Assembly: GCF_006345805.1 (NCBI RefSeq)
Contig: NW_021832602.1
Span: 1-64,000, forward strand
Direction: 5' to 3'
DNA from: Octopus sinensis
Lineage: Eukaryota
Length of the DNA: 64,000 nt
In this document: piece by piece, positions 1 through 11,735 of the stretch
Numbering within the stretch: position 1 is the stretch's first letter
How the letters are laid out: each line of letters opens with the position of its first letter
Notes under the pieces: model-generated
Database searches by the model: none
Told to the model about the DNA's origin: nothing
Seen by the model: only the letters and a program-made list of their open reading frames with translations
Position numbers and translations under genes: made by a program

Positions 1-2
1 GG

Positions 3-557
3 AGTAATGTAATTTTTTCAGATGAATGTCAAATTATGTTATTTCCAAATGTTAGAAGATATGTTAGAAGACCAGAAAAATGTAGAAATGAGAAAAAATA
101 TTCATCAGAAACTGTAAAGTTTTCTCCGAATATCTTGGTATGGGGTGCTATCACTGCAATTGGAAAAATAGCATTGGTTTTGAGTAGGAAAAATGTTAAT
201 TCCAATGAATAGCAAAGAATTCTCGAAGAAGGATTAGAAAATATAGATTTTCAAAATATGATGTTCCAGCAAGAAGGGGCCCCATGCCACAGTTCGAGAT
301 CCACCATTCAATATCTTGATCAGAAGAAGGTTAAATTACTTGGAAAGTGGCCGAGTCAGTCACCGGATTTAAACATTATTGAAAACCTCTGGTGTATACT
401 TAAACAAAGAATACGTGAAAAAGAACCAGAAGATCTCCAGGCACTCTGGAGAATTACAAAAAAATAATTTTATGAAATAGAAGATGCTCATATAGAAAAT
501 CTCTATAAATCACTTCCGACTAGGATGATCGATGTTGTAAAGAATAAAGGAGGTTGA
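3..557 (+). pseudogene. Tc1-family DD34E transposase remnant (5' part outside window)
   Basis: Frame 3 reads VIFSDE...LVWGAI...FQQEGAPCH...[15 protein letters not shown]...MIDVVKNKGG; in-frame TAG near 210; second catalytic D changed to E. Confidence 0.9.
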
Positions 558-892
558 GTTAATTATTTTTTAAATAAGATATTTTCATTGAATAAAGTGG
601 TTTTTTATGATGCTGTTAATCACTGGTCCGGAACATATGCACGGGTCAAAATTTACTGACTGCTAAAAATTCAATATTGTAAAATTTTATGGAAAAAGAA
701 AAAGTACAAAAGTTATTTATTCATTTAATATTAAAATTTGTCTAAGAAAGTCAAGCCGTAGCTGCCAAATATATATAGAACTAGCTCGGCAGCTCGCTTC
801 GCTCACCGCGACCTAGCTCCTGCGGAAGGCCTGTTTCATCAAACAACTATAAGTTTATGTAGATGTATAAAACTACCTGGTTTAATGTAACC

Positions 893-1345
893 CTATTCTA
901 TCGCCTGTTGATAAACGATGTTTGTCGTCCGTCCTTCCTTGGCATATATGAATAAATTTTCTCTTCTGCCTACCCTCGAGCATCCCACATACAGCTGTCC
1001 ATGTGAAAAGCACTCACTCTCTAAAAATAACCCAACTACCTTTAATGACTGTCCCTGGGACTTGTTTATTGTCATTGCAAAACTCATCCTCAAAGGAATT
1101 GCAGCCTTTTAAATCTAAATGGTAATTCATCAGAAATTATCGGAATTCGTGGAATATAAACATCCTCACCTCTATACTTACCTGTTAATATCGTCGCCTC
1201 TATTACGTTAGCCATCAAATTTTTGATAACTAACCTCGTTCCGTTGCATAATTTAGGTGGCGCAAGATTTCGTAATAAAACCACTGGAACGCCTATCTTT
1301 AACTTTAAAAGATGATTCGGCATTCCAGAGGGATCTAAGGAGTTT
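893..1345 (-). pseudogene. Helitron PIF1-type helicase C-terminal fragment, frameshifted
   Basis: [38 protein letters not shown]; FAMTINKSQGQSL; FSHGQLYVGCSRV. Confidence 0.95.
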
Positions 1346-2182
1346 AAAAATTCAATCCGGTTGAATTTTTAGAAAATAACAAAAAAATAAAGAAAAACAA
1401 ATAAAAATAAATAATTTAAAAACAAAAAAATAAAAAAAAACAAAAAAAAACTTTAAAAATTTGTAAAATAGTATAAACAAAAAAAATCTCTGCCGCCACG
1501 GCAACAACCTGTCTAATTTTTTAACAACCAATTAAGATAATGCTTAAGAGCCTTTATAGTCCGGAGATTTAGCTTAGTGACCTTGATTAGACAAACCACT
1601 GGCGGAAATGGGGCAGCCGGAGATGCGGCAGGCAGAGTAGCAGCAGCCAAAAAAGCAACACACAAAAAAGATTTAATTAATTACCTTAAGCTGACCGTTT
1701 TTTCTTCAGCTTCGTTTTTCCTCCTTCGGTTATCTATTTAAAAAATTATTTTTGAATAATAAAAAAGTTTAGGAAAAGAGGCATACCGAAAATAAATTCT
1801 ATCTTTACGAAAAACTTAACTAAATATGTAATATTTTTACGCAAATTCTTCTGATTGCGCTGTCAATTGGTGGTAAATTGTGTTAATGATTGTGCTAATG
1901 TGGTTTCAACTATCAAAGTGTTTTTCAAAATCTGTTAATTGCACACTCTATTCAAGGTCGTGCAATCTGTAATTGCACATTTTGTCCAAGTCAAATATGA
2001 TAATAGCTTTAATTTTGATTCATGGTCGATAATGATATATGCATTAATTTTAAAGAGAAAATCATAGGATGAATTGAATTTCTTTCTCGCGAATAATTGG
2101 GAGTTCATCATTGTTAATATTCTCGCTGTCGTTTTCATCAAGGATATTCTAATACGTGAGATTTTTGCCTCGAAGTTTTAAT

Positions 2183-2500
2183 GGACCTCATCATGAATGT
2201 CGAGGACATTAACGTTGTTCATTTTAATCAAATGCAAAAAAATTTTTTTAATTTTTTTTGGGGGGGAAGGTTTTAAGGACTTCATCATGTAAGTCGAGGA
2301 CATTGTAGTTGTTCATTTTAACCAAAATGCAGAAAATTTTTTTTTAATTTTTTTTGGGGGGGAAGGTTTTAAGGACCTCATCATGTAAGTCGAGGACATC
2401 GTAGTTGTTCATTTTAACCAAAATGCAGAAAACTTTTTTTTTAATTTTTTTTTGGGGGGAAGGTTTTAAGGACCTCATCATGTAAGTCGAGGACATCGTA
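2183..2500. repeat. Tandem repeat, ~94-97 bp x ~3.3, inside the Helitron
   Basis: Units start GGAC(C/T)TCATCATG at 2183, 2277, 2373 and 2470. Confidence 0.9.
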
Positions 2501-2522
2501 TTGCCAATTTGAAGTTGGTGTG

Positions 2523-2570
2523 CACACACAGACAGACAAACAGACAGACAGAGAGACAGACAGACACACA
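2523..2570. repeat. (GACA)n/(CA)n microsatellite near the Helitron 5' end
   Basis: cacacacagacagacaaacagacagacagagagacagacagacacaca. Confidence 0.95.
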
Positions 2571-2593
2571 CCATACCATTTTATTATTAAGAT

Positions 2594-3026
2594 TGAAAAA
2601 TAAATAGGTGGTCCGAAACAATAATAAATTGTTTTCGACATGCTAAATGGACCGAAGATTTTATTGAAGAAATATATGACGAGTCTTCGCTTGAAACCTA
2701 TCAGCAATTCGTGTCAAGACTACAAATAAATGATCCAATTCCTGAAAAAGAATATCTTCTATACGAGTATACAGATCATGGACAATTTGGATGAAAATCA
2801 TGATGAGGACATTGATTGTGGGGAAAAAAAGAATGAACAAGTCGTTTTAGACCACGATGCTTTGAATGCTCTTCATACATTGAGGAAGTACTTCAAACAT
2901 TTTTTAATTAGTCTATAAAATTTAAAAAAATGCATTTTATTAACAAATAAAAATATTCAATTTTGTCTCTCGAATCCGCCGTAATTTCCCAGGTCCCAAA
3001 TTTGGCGGATTCGAGAGGTTTTGCTG
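2594..3026 (+). mobile_element. pogo/Tigger-like transposon 3' remnant
   Basis: CFRHAKW and DALNALHTLRKYF motifs; subterminal inverted pair CTCTCGAATCCGCC (2967-2980)/GGCGGATTCGAGAG (3004-3017); ends GAGGTTTTGCTG|TA. Confidence 0.7.
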
Positions 3027-3097
3027 TACCACAATAAAAAGTACACAATAAAATACTAAAAAAATCGAAATACCAAAAAATTAAAATAAAGAATAAA

Positions 3098-4316
3098 ATG
3101 AAGAACTTTCTTTTCGTCCCCAGACTGACCTATATTCTCCGTTCCTCCCCGTGTTTCGCTGCCACAGACTCATTATCCAGAATCGATAATCTTGTCCACC
3201 AATCGCTAACATTCCACCTAAATTTGAGGTTCACTGGTGACGGTTTTACCCGTGCCAGTTTACCAACTCGCTTCGGGGGGATCGGGATCCGCCCTTGTGC
3301 GGACCTGGCCCTACCCTGCTATCTCTCATCCATGTCGGCTTCCAGGAATTCCGTTTGCTCAGTTCTACTTCCCTCTCTCGAACTTAATGAGCTCTCGGAA
3401 TTCTCATCTGCATGCCGTACGTGGTGCTCACTCGACCTTGATTTTCCCACGATCCCTTCAGTTCAAAGGGGCTGGGACGAAATTCTCTGCTTGAACACAT
3501 TACGAAAACTTCGCTCCAAGTCGGACCAACTCCAGCTGGCCACCCTTAACTGCGCCTGTCAGCCGCACACGGGTGACTGGCTCAAAGCTCTCCCCACTCC
3601 TAGTACGGGGTTACTACTGGACGACGAATCCCTGCGGATTGGGATCAGCTTACGATTGGGTTTGGACATCTGCCAGCCCCACCCTTGCCGGTGCGGGTCC
3701 TCAATTTCGTCAAACGGCTTGCACGCCTTGTCGTGTAAGAAGAGTGCCGGGAGAATTCCCCGTCACACTCATCTGAATGACGTTGTGAGGAGGGCTCTAG
3801 AATCGGCTGGTTTCCCTTCCACCCTAGAGCCAGTCGGCCTTTCCCGGAGCGACGGCAAGCGTCCCGACGGGATGACGACCTTTCCTTTTAGGGAAGGCAA
3901 GTCCCTGGTTTGGGATGCCACGTGTGTCGACTCTTTTTCGGCGACAATGCTTCCCAGGACTGTCGCAACCCGGGTTCCGCCAGTGCGCTGGCTGAAGAGA
4001 CAAAGATGACGAAATACCGGTGTATTTCGGACGCTTTTGAGTTTGCCCCCCTCGCCTTCGAAACCTCTGGAATCGTCGGAAAGGCTGCGACTCAACTCCT
4101 CACCGCCATTGGTAGAAAAATCTCCACAAAAACAAACGACCGGAGGGAGACGAGCTGGCTGTTCCAGCGAATCTCGGTTGCTGTGCTCCGCGGAAACTGC
4201 CACTCAATACGCAGCGCGGCATCGTTGAGCTGACCCTCAGGCTCTCGACAATTCCCTTAGCCACCCAATTGCTTACTTTTTTCTTTCAGTTTGATATACA
4301 AAAAAAAAAAAAAAAG
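3098..4316 (+). mobile_element. CRE-like non-LTR retrotransposon, 5'-truncated (thumb, CCHC knuckle, RLE endonuclease, poly-A)
   Basis: PRLTYILRSSPC, CRCGSSISSNGLHALSC, RHTHLND, KRPDG, WDATC, PLAFETSG, WLFQRISVAVLRGN; A-run at ~4299-4315; frameshift near 3960. Confidence 0.9.
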
Positions 4317-4759
4317 AATAAAATACTAGATAAAAATAAATTTAATTCAAGAAATCCTTATGAATGAAGATTAATTAATTGATAAAATGAATACAAATTT
4401 ACTTGCAAAATAAACTTTATAGAAAATATTTTACCAGTAGTCAATTTAAATAATCTTCAAACAAATAAAAAAACAAAAATATTATAAAAATAAAGTATTA
4501 ATTGCAAGAAAAAATAAAACCAGAATTAACAACCACAAGCACAACAAAAAAATAACATAACAGCAAGCTGTACATAACACGTGATATGTAATTTATCCTA
4601 ATTAAGTCAATAAATTTAAAATATTTAAAAAAATAAATAAATAAAATTTAATTTCTGTTTGAATTCAGCTAGTTTACTTTTTAATACTTTTTAAATAGGA
4701 ATAGAATGGAATGTTTATTGATCAGAAACCGAAAGAAAACAAGGAAAGATCAAAGAGAT

Positions 4760-5060
4760 TAATCGAGGCACCGAAGTGTCTCTTTCAATGCGTATCCCCA
4801 ATTATAGTCGATGTTTACAATTTTTCTCAAGACTATCCGGATCGTGGGCACAGCAGATTCTTGCGAGCTTTCTAGCCCTCCGTCAAGTTGTACTCCATAA
4901 GCCAGTTTCAATGCGAAACGTCTTGTTTTTTCCAACTGTTTGACAAAGTAGTCACTCTCCTCCGACAGTACCAGCCCTCATAGCCATATGTGAGGACTGG
5001 CTGTACACACGTATTGTAGACGTAGATGTACGTTTCCGGATCCAAATGGAACCTGGTTAA
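4760..5060 (-). mobile_element. Degenerate non-LTR RT C-terminal fragment
   Basis: VYNTCVQPVLTYGYEGW resembles the Y..V.P.L.YG...W motif after the RT core. Confidence 0.55.
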
Positions 5061-5102
5061 GCTTATGAAAATTATTAATAAAAAATTAAATATACAAGGA
5101 AT

Positions 5103-5383
5103 GGAGGAAAGAGTGGTGCAAAACGATTTCAAAAGATATTAATTGACAATATACAAGGAATTACTAAGCCAGCAATAAGAAGACTATGTCGAAGAGGAGG
5201 TGTTCGAAGAATTTATGGAAAAATTTACGAGGAGACACGTTCTGTCCTTAAAATTTTTATTGAGCAAACTGTTCGTGATTGTATTTCTTACACTGAACAT
5301 GCCAAAAGAAAACTGTTATCGCAATGGACGTTGTTAATGCCTTGAAACGTCAAGGTAGGACAATTTATGGATTTGGTGGATAA
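5103..5383 (+). pseudogene. H4: Divergent histone H4, N-terminus missing, one-base frameshift in an A-run
   Basis: [70 protein letters not shown], shift at 5310-5312, then [23 protein letters not shown]. Confidence 0.9.
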
Positions 5384-5699
5384 ATTATAAATAATTTTTG
5401 TAATAAAATACATTGATATTTATAGAGTATTTATAGAGTAAATTAGAGTTATATCATTTGAAAAATTTATTTTTTTCTAATAGTTTACTTTTTCGAATCG
5501 GTTTATAATTATGTTTAGTTAGAGAATCAGTAAAAATCTCGCGTTTTAAGGAGAAAATGTACATCTATTTTTAAATTTAAATATGATGCGAATATTTTAG
5601 AAAATTTATAATTTTTGTCGCTTCTGGGGTTAATTTAAGTTAACTAAAATTCCCCTTTTTAATTTTTGTTCTATTTAGCTTTTCTATTTGCTGAGCATC

Positions 5700-7090
5700 A
5701 GCTCATGAGATGTTCGCAACCAATGACCTGCTCCCACTGGGCTCAGGCACACTCATCCCGATACAAAAGGCCAACAAAACCTCCGGACCGGTGGAAAATC
5801 TCCGTCCCGTAATACTACTAAACACTCTGCGAAAACTTTTCTCACTCATTACACTCGGCCGCATAACCCGAACTGTTAATGAATATCTCTCCCCCAGTCA
5901 CAGCGGATTCAGGGCTGGAAGATCCACAGCTGATATAGTCTGGAGTCACAGATGGCGCTGCGCTGTCCAGCAGAAATTTAAAAAAGCTACGGCTATCCTT
6001 GGTATCGATATGTCAAAGGCTTTTGACTGTGTCCGTCGTGACCTATTTATCGGGGTTTTGGAAAGCTTCCCAGAGGCAGATGAAGTGAGAATGATACGGT
6101 TACTACTTGCTAAGACAGAACTTTCTGTTCGTATTGGGTCAGACTCCTCCAGGCGGTTCAAAACGAATGTCGGCACGCCTCAGGGAGACTCTCTCCCCTC
6201 TGCTATTTGTAATCTATCTGGAAGCCGCCTTGAGAGATTTGAGAACTTTCTATAATGATTCTATCACCGAAATTGTATATGCCGACGATGTGGATTTTGC
6301 CTCAGACAACATAGATGATATAATCCATCTACTAAACAATTCCCCACGGGTGCTTAACAAATGATTCCTGATAATTAACACTTCCAAAACTGAATTGACG
6401 GAGATAAAACAAATGAACGATAGAATTGGCGAAAGATGAAGGAACGCCAACAAACTCGGCTCCATACTTGGAGATAGTGAAGACATTTCTCGTAGAAAGA
6501 TGCTTGCTACCGCGGCTCTGAGCAGAATACGTAAAAAATGGCTCCAAGCTTGGCCGATAAATCGGGCCCTCAGATCAAGGCTTTATAATGCATTCGTAAA
6601 GCCTGTTTTACTATACAACTCGTCAACATGGGGGATCTCGGACACTGAACTGAAGACTATAGACTCTTTTCACCGTAAACAACTACGTCTCTTACACGGA
6701 ATACACTGGCCATCAAAAATTAACAATCTATCTCTGTATAAACATTACGATGCTACGCCGTTGTCTCAAGAAATCGTTGGAGGCCGGTAGAAATTATTTG
6801 GCAATATTTTGCGAATGGACCCCAGAGCTCCGGCCAATCGGGCAATGGACGATTATTTCTCCGAACATGGAGACAAATATCGTCGAAGACCTAGATCCAC
6901 TCTTCCGGCAGTTTTGGAGAGGGATCTCAAACTTCATGGTAAAAGTTTCAAAAACTGGGACGACCTAGAATCTTTGCGGGATCTCGCAACAGAGGGGCAT
7001 GGAATAGACGAGGATGGTCCAGAAGATTGTTTTACTTGTGACACGTGTGGGATTATAACTTTGTTTATGTTCCTACGGAATGTGTTATAA
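5700..7090 (+). mobile_element. RTE-like non-LTR retrotransposon RT and 3' end, decayed
   Basis: RPVILLN, GFRAGRST, DMSKAFD, GTPQGDSL/SPLLF, YADD, YNAFVKPVLLYNSSTW, FHRKQLR; stops and frameshifts. Confidence 0.85.
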
Positions 7091-7270
7091 TAATCTCCTC
7101 ATGACAATGTGTTATAATAACTTTCTCGTTGTACTTTATTGTTTTATTTTATTAAGAAATATTTTAATTATCTACTATTAAAAATTATTCTTTTCAAAAA
7201 ATTCGGAATGATACTTATTTGCATTACTCAAGTTGTACATAAGATGTTTATGACAAAATAAAAACCGAGG

Positions 7271-7303
7271 CTTCAAATCTAGTCTATCAGACTAGATTTG
7301 AAG
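7271..7303. repeat. Perfect 15-bp inverted repeat with 3-nt loop
   Basis: CTTCAAATCTAGTCT-ATC-AGACTAGATTTGAAG. Confidence 0.9.
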
Positions 7304-7374
7304 GTCTGCATTGGCCTAAGAAAATTAACAACTCATCACTCTACAAACTCAGTAACTCGGTGCCAGTCAGCCAG

Positions 7375-7700
7375 GACATCATAGATGACCGCTGGAGGCT
7401 TTTCGGACACGTCCTGAGAATGGACCCGTCCTGAGAATGGACCCGTCCTCACCTGCTTACCAAGCCATGGAAGAGTACTTTCTCTCGGATAGCCCAAAGT
7501 TTCGCGGACGTCCCCGCACAACACTGCCGGTTGCGCTGGAACACGATCTGAAACACGTCGGCAAAACCCTGAAAAAATGCGAGGACTTGGACGAACTGCG
7601 ATGGCCTGCACAAAACCGCAGAGGATGGCAAACGATGGCTAAGAAGATTGTATTGTGTGTGGCACGTGTGGGAATATAACTATTTCCTTTCCTTGTTTAT
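7375..7700 (+). mobile_element. Second RTE-like 3' fragment (same family as 5700-7090)
   Basis: RWRLFGHVLRMDPSSPAYQAMEEYF...RGRPRTTLP; 17-bp tandem duplication 7411-7444. Confidence 0.8.
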
Positions 7701-7734
7701 GTTCCTACGGGAAGTGCTAATAATAATAATGAGG

Positions 7735-8054
7735 GGGATTCAACATGTTCCGACTCCTTGTCAAAGACAAACATGTTGGAAAGTGCCTGCTATGCCGGCA
7801 CAGCTGCGGATAAAGCAGAGGACATCAAGAAGAAGAAATATAATGGGCTCACCGATCGTTACGTTTTCCGGCCGGTTGCTGTCGAAACCCTGGGATCGAT
7901 TGGGAAGGAGTCGTTGAGCTTTCTAAAGTTTATTGGACGTCTCAAGACCTTGAGAATACACAATCCTCTAGAGACGAGATGGCTCCTCCAGAACGTGTCC
8001 CAAGCAAAAGTGAAGGGAAACAGGATCGCCATCAGTTCTTCTTACATTGTATAA
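7735..8054 (+). mobile_element. CRE-like RLE 3' fragment
   Basis: KYNGLTDRYVFRPVAVETLGSIG...WLLQNVSQAKVKGN. Confidence 0.85.
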
Positions 8055-8118
8055 CTATATTCCAAATTTTTTAACATTAATAATTGATTTAAGATAAAAA
8101 ATAATGATGAGCAAATAT

Positions 8119-9557
8119 CGTCAAATCTAGGGATCGCCTATAATTGCATAATATTTTACCCAATTCATTACATAATCTTATGTTTCCGCATATCCTCAAA
8201 TCGAGGGACCGATCCAAATTGCGTAATATACTACGCAATTCATAATATAATCTCAAGTACCCACATATCCCAACATCTAGGGACATCCCATAATTGCATA
8301 ATATATTACGCAATTTATTATATAATCTCAAGTACCCCTAAATCCTTTCATCTAGGGACCTTCCAGAATTGCATTATATATTACACAATTCATAATATAA
8401 TCTCAAGTACCCCCTTATCGTCACATCAAGAGATGAACCCAAATTGAATAATATATCACGCAATTCGTTACATAATCTCAAGTACCCTAATATCCTTACA
8501 TCTATGGACCACCGAATTTGCTTAATATATTACGCAATTGAATTTATAATCTTAAGAAACGCCATATCCTCACATCTGGTATTTCCATAATTGCATAATA
8601 TAATACACAATTGATTACATCATTTCAAGTACCCCCTTATCGTCACATCAAGAGATAAACCCAAATTGAATAATATATAACGCAATTCATTACATTATCT
8701 TATGTTCCCGCATATCCTCAAATCGAGGGACCGACCCAAATTGCATAATATACTACGCAATTCATAATATAATCTTAAGTACCCACATATCCTAACATCT
8801 AGGGACATCCCATAATTGCATAATATATTGCGCAATTTATTATATAATCTCAAGTACCCCCTTAGTGTCACATCAAGAGATGAACCCAAATTGACTAATA
8901 TATTACGCAATTCATTACATAATCTCAATACCCAAATATCGTCAAATCTAGGGATCGCCTATAATTGCATAATATTTTACCCAATTCATTACATTATCTT
9001 ATGTTCCCGCATATCCTAACATCTAGGGACATCCCATAATTGCATAATATATTACGCAATTTATTATATAATATCACGTACCCCTATATCCTTTCATCTA
9101 GGGACCTCCCAGAATTACATTATATATTACGTAATTCATAATATAATCTAAAGTACTCTAATATCCTCAAATCCTGTACCTCCCAAAATTGCATTATATA
9201 TTACGTAATTCATTACATTATCTCAAGAAACCCCATATCGTCACATATATCGACACTCCTGAAATGGCATTATATAGTAGAATTCATTACTCATGTACAA
9301 TCATATCCTCACATTTAGGGAACTCATATAAGTGCATAAAATATTACGCAATTCATTATATAATCTCATGTACCCCTATATTCTTTCATCTATAGACCTC
9401 CCAGAATTGCATTATATATTACCCAATTCATTATATAATTCAAAGTACCCTAATATACTCAAATAACCACCTCCCAAAATTTCATTATTTATTAAAATTC
9501 ATTACATAATCTCAAGTCCCCTCATATCGTCACATCTAGGTACCTTTCATAATTGGA
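8119..9557. repeat. 75-bp minisatellite, ~19-20 units, with higher-order variant order
   Basis: Unit starts at 8119, 8194, 8269, 8344, 8419, 8494, 8568, 8641, 8716, 8791, 8866, 8940, 9015, 9090, 9165, 9239, 9307, ~9382, ~9457, 9528. Confidence 0.95.
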
Positions 9558-9559
9558 GT

Positions 9560-10900
9560 CGTTTATTCCTTTTCCCAAATTTTGCGTTGGGCTCCCCTGC
9601 TCGTGTCCTCGATGCAGGTGGCTCCTTTGTTTCTCTCTTGAAAAAGAATATGAGTCAGTTTATGAATGGCTCTTTCGCTCCGTTCCCCTCTTATTTACCT
9701 TCTACCGCTAAGCCCTCGTCGAAAGACGGTTCTAAACGTTTACAGTCTCGGATTTACTCCTGTTTAATGTCGCATGATGTCAGCGCGGCTGTTCGTCTTT
9801 TGTCATTTTCTGATTCTGTCCGTACAATCTCCTCCGATGTTGTTCGCATTCTCAAGGAAAAGCACCCTATGTGAAAACCAGTAACCTTTGATGAGGCCCA
9901 ATCGTCCTGTTTTCCCTTTTCTGTTTCTTCCAAACAACTTCTGGACTCCTTAAACTCCTTTAGGGGTAACAGTAGTGGAGGTATCGACGGTCTCCGCCTT
10001 ATTCATTTGAGAGACTTAATTTCCGCAAATGGGGATACCGGGAATCGCCTCTTAAATGCTTGCACTAACTTGTGCAATTTATTCCTAAGCTGCAAAATTT
10101 CTGATCATACTAGAATTCTGTTCTTTGCCGCAAATCTTACGGCCTTGAGCAAGAAAGATGGCGGTATCAGGCCTATTGCTGTTGGAAATTTCTTTCGTCG
10201 TTTATTTGCGAAAGACTGTTGCAAGTCCGTTATTTCTTCTATTGGCGAGCAACTGCAGCCCATTCAGTTGGGTGTGGGTGTTTTTGGTGGCTGCGAGTCT
10301 TCTGTCCATGCCTGTCGTTGTTTTATTCACGTTTCTACTCGTTCCAATATTCCCCTTGCCTTATTGAAACTGGATGTAACTAATGCTTTCAATTCTCTGG
10401 ACAGTGGTCATATGTTGGAAGTCTGCCAAGACCGTGTTCCACACTTGCTTCCCTTTATATCGCTTTCGTACTCGCTTCCATCACGTTTAATCGCCAGTGG
10501 TTCTTTCATTTCTTTGTCATGTGGCGTCCAACAGGGTGATCCTTTGGACCCATTACTGTTCGCTGTACTGTTCGCCTCCGTTCTAGTATGGATTTGGCTC
10601 TTCCTGCCTTTCTTTCTTCGGCGTCTGGATCATATCTTCTTGTCCAAAAGATTCTGGAAAAAACTACTGAATCATCGTTGGACTCTGATATTGATTCGGC
10701 CCTCGCTCTTTGGAAACGCAATTTCTCTGAAGTCCCTTCTGATGTCTTTTCTCAGCGAGACTGGGACAAAATTCTTTGCCGTCGATCTTCAACTGACTTG
10801 GAACCACTTCTCGACCAACACAGACTGGCTTGTTTCCGTACTCAGACTCCTGGCTGAATGTACTCCCTTCTCCGCTTTTGGATACTGTCCTCGATAAGGA
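9560..10900 (+). mobile_element. CRE-like element fragment with internal deletion after RT motif QGDP
   Basis: SSGGIDGL, KKDGGIRPIAVG, KLDVTNAFNS, GVQQGDPL, then a jump at ~10575 to MDLALPAFLSS and DQHRLAC. Confidence 0.85.
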
Positions 10901-10924
10901 TTCACCCCTTATCGTCACATCAAG

Positions 10925-11240
10925 TTGCCACTGAGATATCTTTCGAGTCACTGTGTGGTCCCCAAAGGGGACAACACAATTCGCTGAGATATGCTTACTA
11001 ACAATCTCGTCCACTCGAAAGAGTAAAAATAAGTCGCTACTCTGTTGCTCGTGTTGTTCAGAATACGAGGGCATCCTGTAGGCATATCCTAAGCGCCATT
11101 TCTCTCCCGAGGCCAGGAGGAACACTGAACCAGGTTGGGCCACCCATTCCTGGGCATCTTGAAAGCTCTTTCCAACATTTTGGAAAGAATTGATTTAGCC
11201 CACACTCCGGGGTCACACACCACAAAACGAAGAAAAACTT
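10925..11240 (-). other. Unassigned higher-GC open frame, possible host exon fragment
   Basis: Open frame VCDPGVWAKSILSKMLERAFKMPRNGWAQPG...; candidate in-frame 27-nt GT-AG intron; no family recognised. Confidence 0.25.
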
Positions 11241-11735
11241 TAATGAATATTTCGCTAAAATGTGAGCTTCTCTATTTTTTGCAATAAATTTATATTTTCT
11301 ATTCTGAAAGTGTAATAATAAACTTTCGAATTTAATTAATTTTTTAAATATCATTATTTTTTGAGACCTCCAAATACTATTCACAGAATTTGAATGATTT
11401 TTTACATTATCCACACAAATAAACCAATTTTTTCGCCTTTAATCTTTCGTTTCGTAAATGTCACTATATCTTTGGATATTCCAAAGTCTAACTGAGAATC
11501 AACAAACTCCCAGGTTGTGCAGATCAAGGAGTGTTCTTCTTCTAAGGAGTGTCCTCAAAGGGGTGACAAACAGAATAGGGATAATGGATCTCTTCGGGAG
11601 TGCTAAGTGTTGTTTCAAAGCTTCTCTATCATCTAACTATTCTGACTGCCGTAAGACGCCTCTGACTACTTGTAGCAGCCTATACCTCTTATTTAAAATG
11701 TTCATAAGATGACATGATAATTGATATAGAAATTT

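Larger units (their letters stand above)
781..2592 (-). mobile_element. Internally deleted Helitron with both termini
   Basis: Minus strand starts A|TC at 2592 (TCTTAATAATAAAATGG then TGTC repeats) and ends with a GC-rich imperfect hairpin plus CTAG|T at 781-784; carries a PIF1 helicase C-terminus. Confidence 0.85.

Noticed and set aside
8119-9557. CRISPR-like array
   Set aside because: Whole units are homologous, with no unique spacers and no cas genes; eukaryotic context.
11458-11712. Small gene next to the ATG2 3' end (intron-like GTAAG...TAG)
   Set aside because: No splice combination gave a recognisable or convincing protein.
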